Shown piece after piece: positions 35,765 to 44,192 of a DNA stretch of 64,000 nucleotides (positions are counted from its first letter, which is position 1; each line of letters starts with the position of its first letter). The stretch is taken from the IMG/VR virus record IMGVR_UViG_3300045988_131126; one strand, 5' to 3'. Position numbers and translations under genes: made by a program. Origin of the DNA: a virus. The notes under the pieces were generated by a model. That model was not told the DNA's origin, made no database searches, and saw only the letters and a list, made by a program, of their open reading frames with translations.

Positions 35765-36115
35765 TTACCAAAACGTATTATTAGCACGCTTCGACAAATT
35801 AACTACTTTTTTTCTTCTACCTAGTTCAATTAAATTTGTTCGATTTCTCCTTTTCTTTGATTTAAGACTCGCAGCATTTACGGATATAAAAATATCATAT
35901 GGTATAACATAACAATCTGTTTTAATATTACCATTTTCATGCTTTGTACTTATACTTGTTTTAAATCTAGTCCTTCTATTTATTTGAAAAGATTTACCTT
36001 TCTCGAAATTTGTAATTAAAAGACGTACATAATTGAATTTAAAAATCGGTAAATTCCTGGATGGGATACTTTCCAAAGACATAGTATGTCTTGTTATATA
36101 TTTTAAACTTCTCAT
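35765..36115 (-). CDS. small basic protein, cluster B member 4
   Basis: Track ORF with K/R-rich content (KSKKRRNRTNLIELGRRKK). Confidence 0.5.
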   Translation of the reverse strand: MRSLKYITRHTMSLESIPSRNLPIFKFNYVRLLITNFEKGKSFQINRRTRFKTSISTKHENGNIKTDCYVIPYDIFISVNAASLKSKKRRNRTNLIELGRRKKVVNLSKRANNTFW

Positions 36116-36508
36116 TTATTTTACCTTCTGATTGGATATATGCTTTAAAGAGTGCATACATTTATGCCATCTACGCCTATTTTCACCTAATAAAGATATA
36201 CACTTCGCTTTTTTATTTTTATCACTGGTAATCAACCTTAAATTTTTTATTATAGTACAATTTATATCAACACAAGAAAATTCATGCCATCTTTTCCTTT
36301 TGCCATATTTGTCTTTATATTTAGATTGGTATCTATGGTATTCATTGTTTGGACTTATTGTAAAAGAATAGTGGATTGGATTTTTGGATTTCCAAAATCT
36401 TATCTCACTTTTAGGCACTAATCTCAAATAAGGTAATTGCTTAGTCTTATTTTTAAATACAATATACCTTAAAATATTTCTTTTTGAATTCCTATAAAAT
36501 TCTCTCAT
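36116..36508 (-). CDS. small basic protein, cluster B member 5
   Basis: Track ORF, very basic (KYKDKYGKRKRWHEF, GENRRRWHKCMH). Abuts B4 with no gap. Confidence 0.5.
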   Translation of the reverse strand: MREFYRNSKRNILRYIVFKNKTKQLPYLRLVPKSEIRFWKSKNPIHYSFTISPNNEYHRYQSKYKDKYGKRKRWHEFSCVDINCTIIKNLRLITSDKNKKAKCISLLGENRRRWHKCMHSLKHISNQKVK

Positions 36509-36574
36509 AGTTTCACCTCATTTCATAAAAATACTGATATACCAATTCGGTATATCAGTATTATAATATATAAA

Positions 36575-37111
36575 TTATTTTGAGGTTGAACCTATTCCAC
36601 CAATTCTTTCACCATCCGCTTTATCATCTTCTGTTGTTTCATATTTCATAAAGATACCTTGCGCTACAGCTTTATGAGATTCTGTTACATAATGATACAC
36701 CCCATTATTTGTTAAAGATATAATGATATCTCCTTCATTATTAGTATTATTATAATAGTCAGAATCTATAATTCCAGTAGTATTAGTTATGCATAAATCA
36801 TGTTTAATGCCTAAACTACTTCTAATATGTACTTGGAGTACAACTCCTTCTGGCATTTTAGCTTTAATACCTGTAGGGAATTTCACTTTCTTCTCTGGAT
36901 CAATATTAATTTCAAACGGACAATTAAAATCGTATCCAGCAGATCCTTTTGTTTTTCTTGTTGGTACTTCAATTCTATTATAAATATTTTTTAAATAATC
37001 ACTAAAACTAGGGTAATCAGTATCCCATACAACTCTCTGATCTATATCGCATGATAATGTGTCTTTTAAAAATGTCCCAAATGATACTTTCTCGAATTTA
37101 ATGTCTTTCAT
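36575..37111 (-). CDS. dut: dUTP diphosphatase (trimeric dUTPase) with an N-terminal extension
   Basis: dUTPase motifs GSAGYDF, IRSSLG, GIIDSDY and the C-terminal GGIGSTSK. Confidence 0.85.
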   Translation of the reverse strand: MKDIKFEKVSFGTFLKDTLSCDIDQRVVWDTDYPSFSDYLKNIYNRIEVPTRKTKGSAGYDFNCPFEINIDPEKKVKFPTGIKAKMPEGVVLQVHIRSSLGIKHDLCITNTTGIIDSDYYNNTNNEGDIIISLTNNGVYHYVTESHKAVAQGIFMKYETTEDDKADGERIGGIGSTSK

Positions 37112-37284
37112 AATTACTTTCTCCTTTTATTATTTTATCTAAATGTCTTACTAAAGATAAAAATATATCCCATATATCTTAAATGATATATGGGATATAT
37201 TTTGTGTTGACTAACAGGACTTAATAATATTTTTCGCAGAAATCAGTTTATCTTCTACTGATTATAAAAAAGTTATATAGTTTA

Positions 37285-37848
37285 TTATTTTTTACATAAA
37301 TATTGTAAATTATTGAATATATAATCGTTGCTACCAATATTTCCTTTTTCATCTAATATATAGGTTTTTATAAATCCTGATATATATTGTGCTTCACAAG
37401 CATTAGCGCACTTGGTTATATCATTAAAATCTGGATCCGTCTCAAGAGTACCGATCCATTTATCATAATTATCGTATATAGTTTTTATAAGTTTATTATC
37501 AGATCCTCTTTCATAATATCTTTCGATCATTATGGGCTTATTATCCATAGGAGGATATAATAAGAAAAAGTATATATTGTTTTCTATTAATGCTCTTAAT
37601 ACTGGTTCATGTGTAGATACAAAAATAAAATCTACTTTACCAATAAGACTTTTAATATGCTCTATGTAGTTATTTGGAAACTCTGGATTTCTAATCTTGT
37701 TTCCTTCTCCATCAATAGTCCAACTAAATTGACTACTATCCGAATCTGATACAGTAAATCCATTACAATTATTCTTGTAAAAGGTCTTTCCCATTCCTGG
37801 AAATGCTGCTATTACAATAGTTTTGTTTTTAAGTTTAACTTCTAACAT
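37285..37848 (-). CDS. P-loop NTPase / nucleotide kinase-like protein
   Basis: N-terminal Walker A IVIAAFPGMGKTFY. Specific function not inferable. Confidence 0.5.
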   Translation of the reverse strand: MLEVKLKNKTIVIAAFPGMGKTFYKNNCNGFTVSDSDSSQFSWTIDGEGNKIRNPEFPNNYIEHIKSLIGKVDFIFVSTHEPVLRALIENNIYFFLLYPPMDNKPIMIERYYERGSDNKLIKTIYDNYDKWIGTLETDPDFNDITKCANACEAQYISGFIKTYILDEKGNIGSNDYIFNNLQYLCKK

Positions 37849-37905
37849 TTTATTTTCCTCCTTTTATTAAAAAAATAAAGAGGGGGTTTAAATCCCCCTC
37901 TTTAT

Positions 37906-39432
37906 TTATTCTTTATCAGTAGTATCGGTAGCTTCAGATTCATTATTGAAAAGAGCATTTTCGATTCTTTCTAACCTATCTTCAATACCATTAGAAGTCT
38001 TTATTTTATTATGTGCATTATAAGCTCTCGCTTCAAATACAGCTTGCTGCATTTCATCTACTACTGAAACTGCATTATTGTATAATTTATTCAATACATT
38101 ACCTTCATCGTTATTGATAGCTTCAGATACTTCTACATCCTGTACAACTTCTTCTTTTGGTTCTTCTTCTTTAATTTGAGTCTCTTCTGGAATATCAGAT
38201 TTATTCTCAATTTTCTTAAGAATAAGATTCTGTAATCTAGACTGATTAATAGTCTGAAGACCAAGCTTATTTACTACTGTATCTCTGATATCTTCAATAT
38301 CTTTCTGATTTAAATCGAAAGATTTACACATAGCATCAATACGTTTTGCAGATAATTCTTTGACTTCTACTCTAAGATCGAATCTTCCGTCTCTCTTAAC
38401 AGCTTCATCGAGATTATCTACATAGTTTGTTGTAGCTACGAAGATAACGTTTGTTGGTGATGATGTAGAATCAAGGAACTGTAATAATTTATTGATAATT
38501 TTCTTATCTTCTTTATCACTATCCTTTCTATCTCTTGATTTAACTACAGCATCAATATCTTCCATAAGTACTACGTACTTTTCTTTATCTGCATTGATAG
38601 ATTCTACTAATGCATTTACGTCAAGCGTAGCAAATGATGCCATATCAATTGATACTACATCATAATTGTAATAAGTGGCAATCGCTGTTACTAATGACGA
38701 TTTGCCAGTTCCAGGTGCCCCATATAATAAGATACCTGTTTTATATAACAGAGATCTATCTTTATATACAGGCTCATTTGATAAGAATTTATCAAGATGA
38801 TTCGTAATCTGTTCTGCTACATTATCATCAAAGAATAAAGTTTCTAATGGTCTTATATGAAGATCAGATGACATTACATTGAAATACAACGCATCTTTAT
38901 CATCTCTACTATATCCACCACCTGTTCCAGAAACTTTGTAATTCGTTAAGTATTTTGACCCAGTATCATTGATTTCATGAGCCAATCTTCTTGCATATTT
39001 CAGCATATGTTTTCCAAAGACATAAATGTATAAGAATTTAGGCTGTTGTTCCTGATTTCTGCTATCTCCATTACCGGTCCCTTCATATCTTGATGGACCT
39101 GCGTTTACATAGAAGAATGTATCTTTCTCAATTTTGCATACAAATTTCTTATCAATGATATATCTCTGTGAAGGCATAGATTTATTATCCTTATTTCTGT
39201 CTAATAAGGACTGCGGATTGGAGACATGTTTATCAAACTTCTTATCATATTTCTCAATCCATTTAAACGCTTTATCAAATTCTGCAGAAGTGAGATTGAA
39301 TTCAATACCGAATTTGTTCTTCACCCATTCCATTCCACCACCAATAATATATTCACTGGCTAAGTTTCTCAGTGAATACGGATTGGTGAACTGTCTAAAT
39401 ATTCTTTCATATTCTTTCTTGCTGTTACTCAT
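37906..39432 (-). CDS. AAA+ ATPase, BCS1-like
   Basis: GILLYGAPGTGKSSLVTAIA (Walker A), VVLMEDIDA (Walker B), FVATTNYVDNLDEAVKRDGRFDLRVEV (sensor/arginine-finger region). A long N-domain as in BCS1-type AAA proteins. Confidence 0.8.
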   Translation of the reverse strand: MSNSKKEYERIFRQFTNPYSLRNLASEYIIGGGMEWVKNKFGIEFNLTSAEFDKAFKWIEKYDKKFDKHVSNPQSLLDRNKDNKSMPSQRYIIDKKFVCKIEKDTFFYVNAGPSRYEGTGNGDSRNQEQQPKFLYIYVFGKHMLKYARRLAHEINDTGSKYLTNYKVSGTGGGYSRDDKDALYFNVMSSDLHIRPLETLFFDDNVAEQITNHLDKFLSNEPVYKDRSLLYKTGILLYGAPGTGKSSLVTAIATYYNYDVVSIDMASFATLDVNALVESINADKEKYVVLMEDIDAVVKSRDRKDSDKEDKKIINKLLQFLDSTSSPTNVIFVATTNYVDNLDEAVKRDGRFDLRVEVKELSAKRIDAMCKSFDLNQKDIEDIRDTVVNKLGLQTINQSRLQNLILKKIENKSDIPEETQIKEEEPKEEVVQDVEVSEAINNDEGNVLNKLYNNAVSVVDEMQQAVFEARAYNAHNKIKTSNGIEDRLERIENALFNNESEATDTTDKE

Positions 39433-39509
39433 TTAAGTTTCCTCCTAAAATTTATATATTGTATTGTAACTTACACGTTAATAATATACCATTAAATGTA
39501 ATTTTATTC

Positions 39510-39830
39510 TTAATCATACGGATGATCATTTGAATAATCTATAAGAGCTTTTATTTTAGATATCGATGGCATATCAATATCTTTGCATTCTTCTTTCAAA
39601 GTATAACTTTTTAATTTCATTTTAAGACTAACCTCGTTTCCTACAATAGATCGTTCTTTAAGCGTGCGTGACGAATATCTATTTCCATAGGTCAATCTCG
39701 ATAGATTTCTTGTTCTAAATCCTTTGAAAAACGCTAAACAAGAATCAAACTTATCAAATATTTCACATTTCAATCTTATTCTAAATTCACTATTGTTCTG
39801 TCTTATTCCATATGACAATGCTTTTTTCAT
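39510..39830 (-). CDS. small basic protein, cluster C member 1
   Basis: MKKALSY..., C-terminal YTLKEECKD motif. Confidence 0.55.
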   Translation of the reverse strand: MKKALSYGIRQNNSEFRIRLKCEIFDKFDSCLAFFKGFRTRNLSRLTYGNRYSSRTLKERSIVGNEVSLKMKLKSYTLKEECKDIDMPSISKIKALIDYSNDHPYD

Positions 39831-39839
39831 TTTATCTCC

Positions 39840-40166
39840 TTATCTATAATCTTCGATACTAGCATTTTCTATTATTCTACGTATTCCAGATAGTCCTATT
39901 GATTTTTTATATAAAGATCTCCCCTTTAAAGAAATTGATCTTTTAATCGCTCTGTATCTTAGTGGACCAGCACATCTTCTAACATATCTCTTTCTAGCAA
40001 AATGATCAATGGTACGTATTCCAGAAGTATCGTGATCGTATATAGGATAATATTTTATGCATTCTTTATAATAACTAATTGGGAGTGCAATTTTTTCTAT
40101 CTCTATATGTTTTATAGTCAACTCGTGGTCTTTACGTTTAACTGAGGAACATAATCCTTTCTTCAT
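39840..40166 (-). CDS. small basic protein, cluster C member 2
   Basis: MKKGLCS..., very K/R-rich. Confidence 0.55.
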   Translation of the reverse strand: MKKGLCSSVKRKDHELTIKHIEIEKIALPISYYKECIKYYPIYDHDTSGIRTIDHFARKRYVRRCAGPLRYRAIKRSISLKGRSLYKKSIGLSGIRRIIENASIEDYR

Positions 40167-40178
40167 TTTATTTTCTCC

Positions 40179-40517
40179 TTAACAAAAATAATCAGGATTT
40201 ATTTTGGCTTCACGATCGACTTGCCTAATAAATTTAAAAGGCGGAACATCGTGAGCTTCTTCTTTTAATGAATATATTTTATATTGATCTTTAACGCATC
40301 TTTCTTGTTTTGATAACGGCCATGCCGTTATCGCATTCATTTTCTTTAAAGGACTTACAAATTTGCGGCTATTTTCTTTTATATTTATAGATAATTTATA
40401 AATATTTTTTCTTAAAGTTCTTTCATTCTGTTCAAAATCATCATCTACTGTAAATTTATACCTAACAATAACTCCCCCGTTTCTCTTTATAAATAATTGT
40501 GGTAATCCCTTGATCAT
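40179..40517 (-). CDS. small basic protein, cluster C member 3
   Basis: MIKGLPQ..., C-terminal YSLKEEAHD motif. Confidence 0.55.
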   Translation of the reverse strand: MIKGLPQLFIKRNGGVIVRYKFTVDDDFEQNERTLRKNIYKLSINIKENSRKFVSPLKKMNAITAWPLSKQERCVKDQYKIYSLKEEAHDVPPFKFIRQVDREAKINPDYFC

Positions 40518-40804
40518 TTATTGTACCTCCTATTATAATCTCTAGCAAGTTTAAAATATTTGGAATAATTTGATAAATTGAGTGATCCTGATTTAGAAAT
40601 CTTGCTAAATGGGCATATTTTTATTATTTCCGATAAGGATATTTTGATACCTTTAAAACTTTTAAATTGACGTATAATCGGTAACCCCATACATTGTCTT
40701 CGAATATCTGTTGAAAAACAACGCATTGTCTTAGCTTCTTCCAATATACAGATCATGATCAGCCTTTTATCATCTGTATTATTATATTTTAAATACTCTT
40801 TCAT
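40514..40804 (-). CDS. small basic protein, cluster C member 4
   Basis: LKYNNTDD motif shared with A5. Confidence 0.55.
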   Translation of the reverse strand: MKEYLKYNNTDDKRLIMICILEEAKTMRCFSTDIRRQCMGLPIIRQFKSFKGIKISLSEIIKICPFSKISKSGSLNLSNYSKYFKLARDYNRRYNK

Positions 40805-40811
40805 CTTATTT

Positions 40812-41105
40812 TCACCTCCTTTTATTCTGGACTATACTAATGCGAGTCATATGTATCATCTCGCGTAATGTCGGAATTTCAAAATCTTCATTAAAATAAG
40901 CTATTGCGGCTAATCTTGTACGTTCTATTCTTCTTGCTATAGCTCTAATATTACGGCGGTGATTGCATTTATATGCAATACTATTTACAATAGAACATTT
41001 CCATATATTATTGGATCTTGCTTTCAAAGTTTGTTTTTTCTTTTGGTACATGCGCATATTCTGATTAAATGATTTATGAGAACTCATTGATCTAACAGAC
41101 AGCAT
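40812..41105 (-). CDS. small basic protein, cluster C member 5
   Basis: Basic helix NHRRNIRAIARRIERTRLAAIAYF. Confidence 0.55.
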   Translation of the reverse strand: MLSVRSMSSHKSFNQNMRMYQKKKQTLKARSNNIWKCSIVNSIAYKCNHRRNIRAIARRIERTRLAAIAYFNEDFEIPTLREMIHMTRISIVQNKRR

Positions 41106-41176
41106 TATTAATTCCCTCCTTTCATCAATAGAATAATATACATCTATACGAAATATTTCGTATAGATGTATAAAAA

Positions 41177-42349
41177 TTATTTATTTGCTAAACTTATTGT
41201 CAATGCATAATATTTTAATATAGATTTAAAATAAGATATCTTAGTAGCTAATCTAGATTTTCTCTTTCTATAATTTGGAGAATTTTCATCTAGCCATTTC
41301 TCTATAATCTCTTTCTCTCTAATAATATTTGGGTTCTTAGTATTAGGCTTAGGAGTTATAGATTTGGCTATAAACTCAAGCCCAGTTACAGATTTATTCT
41401 CTGAATTAGCCATATACTCAGAAACCATAATTCTTAACAATTCTTTCACTTCCATTAAGTTCTGAGGATCATCTTGTATTCCTTCTATTATACTCTTTAT
41501 TTCATCTGTCTTTACATTAGCATCTTTGCATTTCTTACAAATGGACAAGTCTACTCCATGAGTAGTAATCTTATTCATAGCATTTTCTACATATCCTTCA
41601 GCCTTAATAGAATCATTCTCTGCTAATCTAAAATTATCCTGTTCGTAAGAATCACTATCATAAGATAAATAAGCATCACTATTCTGATATACATCTTTAA
41701 ATACTGCTACTATATTACCTAAGAATGATTTAATTCTTCCATGTAACTGCTGTACAATATCCGCTATATCTTCATCATCAGCGCCATCATTGCATAATTT
41801 CTTTTCATATGTATCTAACCATGTTCTACATATACTTTTTATAGCTCCGAATACAGTACCTTCTCTTTTTAAATCAAATTTTTGAGATAATACATTATTT
41901 ACTACATATTCAAGTATATGTCTTTTTGGCGGATAAATAAATTTTTGCGAATGAATAGACGGATAAAAGTTACCACTAAATGCTAAATATATAGAAGATA
42001 TTTCAGCACGTTTTCTATCGTTATGTTTTAAAAAATGTCTTATTACCATCATCTGTGTTGGTACTAATGGTACTTTCATACATCTTGGATTAAAGTTCAT
42101 ATCCCAATAATAAGTTTTACTTAATATACTTTCTACATCTTTAGGATTTATATTTAAAGTCAAAAAATAATTATTGGTGTCTTCTGCAGTAAATAATATC
42201 CTTGCTTGAGGAATTGTATCGTAAATATCTGCAGATCTTGTTTGAAAGAATTTAGACAAAAAATTAATATATTTGGTTTGATTTTTTGAAATAGCACTAG
42301 ATACTATTGGATATAGTTCTGGTACTATAATTGACGTAATTTTGGACAT
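41177..42349 (-). CDS. hypothetical protein (390 aa) immediately downstream of the repeat array
   Basis: Track ORF. SD AAAGGTGGT lies 10 nt upstream. Confidence 0.65.
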   Translation of the reverse strand: MSKITSIIVPELYPIVSSAISKNQTKYINFLSKFFQTRSADIYDTIPQARILFTAEDTNNYFLTLNINPKDVESILSKTYYWDMNFNPRCMKVPLVPTQMMVIRHFLKHNDRKRAEISSIYLAFSGNFYPSIHSQKFIYPPKRHILEYVVNNVLSQKFDLKREGTVFGAIKSICRTWLDTYEKKLCNDGADDEDIADIVQQLHGRIKSFLGNIVAVFKDVYQNSDAYLSYDSDSYEQDNFRLAENDSIKAEGYVENAMNKITTHGVDLSICKKCKDANVKTDEIKSIIEGIQDDPQNLMEVKELLRIMVSEYMANSENKSVTGLEFIAKSITPKPNTKNPNIIREKEIIEKWLDENSPNYRKRKSRLATKISYFKSILKYYALTISLANK

Positions 42350-42354
42350 AATGT

Positions 42355-42404
42355 CTCTACCACCTTTAATGAAGTTTATTACTCCATTGTTTTCGGTGGT
42401 AGAG
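42355..42404 (-). promoter_or_regulatory. 10-bp stem that would sequester the SD of 41177..42349
   Basis: On the minus-strand RNA: CTCTACCACC (42404-42395), a 30-nt loop, then GGTGGTAGAG (42364-42355), then ACATT and the ATG. The 3' arm contains the SD. Confidence 0.4.
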
Positions 42405-44150
42405 AATTTTTATTTTGAAATTATGATATTTTTATATTCTCGATTTTATTTAAACCTTGTGATATTTTTATAATTTCTGATTTTATTTTGCGACTATGAT
42501 ATTTAAATCAAAATGATTTTATTTAATTTTCCTGATGTTTTGCCCTTTTTAATTTTATTTAATCTTTATGATATATTTCCAAAAATAATTTTATTTAACT
42601 GCTACGATATTTTATAATTTCTGATTTTTATTTCTGCTTATTGATCTTTTACCAACTGTGAATCACTTAGCATATTATGATATTTATGTGTTTCTGGTTT
42701 ATTTAACTTGTTTGATGTTTTCAGTTGTCTGATTTTACTTTGATAATATGATATTTAATCTCTCTCGGTTTATTTTTAAACTATGATGTTTTTATCTATG
42801 TGATTTTATTTGAATAATATGATATATTTCGGAGATTAATTTATTCACGAAGCATGATATTTATATTAATTTGATTTATTGTTTCTACTTGATACTTTTG
42901 AGCCTTCGATTTATTCTTGTTTTATGATATTTTCAATATGATGATTTTACTTTCATCAAATGATATTTAAGTGTAATTGGTTTATTTGTATTACATGATA
43001 TTTTCGCTCAAATGAATTATTCTTTTGGAAATGATATTTTTCCGACTGTGAATCACTTTGTAAGTATGATATTTATGTGTTTCTGGTTTATTATTAAAGA
43101 ATGATGTTTATACTTTTTTAATTTTACTTCAGTAATATGATATATATACTTTGATGGTTTATTTGTATCATACGATATTTTCACCTATTTGATTTTATTT
43201 AAATCCTATGATATATTTTATTTGTTAATTTATTTTGTCGGTATGATATTTCGAGATTTCTAATTTTTTCACTATAATTGATGATTTTATAATTTATGAA
43301 TTGCTTACATTCTCTGATATTTTTATCAATATGGGTTACTCCATAAATATGATATTTAGGAATATATGGTTTATTATTGAATCGTGATGTTTAAGCTTTT
43401 TTGATTTTACTCTAACAATGTGATATTTATACGCTTTGGGTTTAATTATGTCCACTTGATATTTTGAGGTATTTAATTTGCTTAAGGACAATGATACTTT
43501 TTCGTTTTCGGCTTATTATTACCCTACGATATATCTATTTCAATAATTTATTAGCGTTAGATGATATATTAGATACGCTAATTTATTGGTGTTATATGAT
43601 ACTTTTTTAAGCATAATTTTACTTTTACGATTTGATATTTAAAATCACTTGGTTTATTAAATTCTTTTGATATTTTTGTCGAAATAATTTACTCACTCTT
43701 TTAGATATTTATTAATATTTGGTTTATTATTATATATTGATATTTTCACAGCGATAATTTTACTTTCTTGATATGATATTTAAAATTTTATGGTTTATTT
43801 ATCCTATATGATATTTTTTACATATTAATTTATTAGCGTTAGATGATATATTAGATACATTAATTTATTAGTGGAAAGTGATCCCTTTTTAAGCATAATT
43901 TTACTTTTTCGTTCTGATATTAAAAATTTCTTGGTTTTATTAAAACTATATAATATTTTATTGTAAATAATTTATTTGGTTTCATTGATAGCTTTATTTA
44001 TTTGATTTACTTACTCTTTTAGATATTTATTAATATTTGATTTATTATCATATTTTGATATTTTTAACATGAATAATTTTACTTTTTCATTCTGATATTT
44101 AATATCTTCTGGTTTATTTATATCATATGATATTTCTTCAAGTGTAATTT
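42404..44150 (+). repeat. array of about 49 head-to-tail units of 35-36 bp, each with two conserved cores and variable linkers; no ORF
   Basis: The TGATAT cores are at 42424, 42460, 42497, 42533, 42569, 42605, 42642, 42678, 42713, 42749, 42784, 42820, 42855, 42890, 42925, 42961, 42996, 43032, 43067, 43102, 43138 ... 44128. That is 48 intervals with a mean of 35.5 bp. Each unit is (a)TGATATTT, about 10 variable nt, (t)GATTTTAYTT or GGTTTATT, then about 8 variable nt. Confidence 0.9.
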
Positions 44151-44152
44151 AA

Positions 44153-44183
44153 ATCAGAGATAGGTAACTTACCTATCTCTGAT
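44153..44183. terminator. 14-bp perfect hairpin closing the array and following the stop of 44193..45923
   Basis: ATCAGAGATAGGTA act TACCTATCTCTGAT. The T-rich tract ATATTTTATTTAT follows on the plus strand, and GATTTAAATT follows on the minus strand. Confidence 0.65.
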
Positions 44184-44192
44184 ATATTTTAT

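Noticed and set aside
42404-44150. The periodic array might be a CRISPR array, or an array of CRISPR-repeat mimics.
   Set aside because: The period is only 35-36 bp, against about 60-72 bp for CRISPR. The conserved cores are 8-10 nt rather than 28-37 nt repeats, the variable parts are about 8-10 nt, and no cas genes are in the window.
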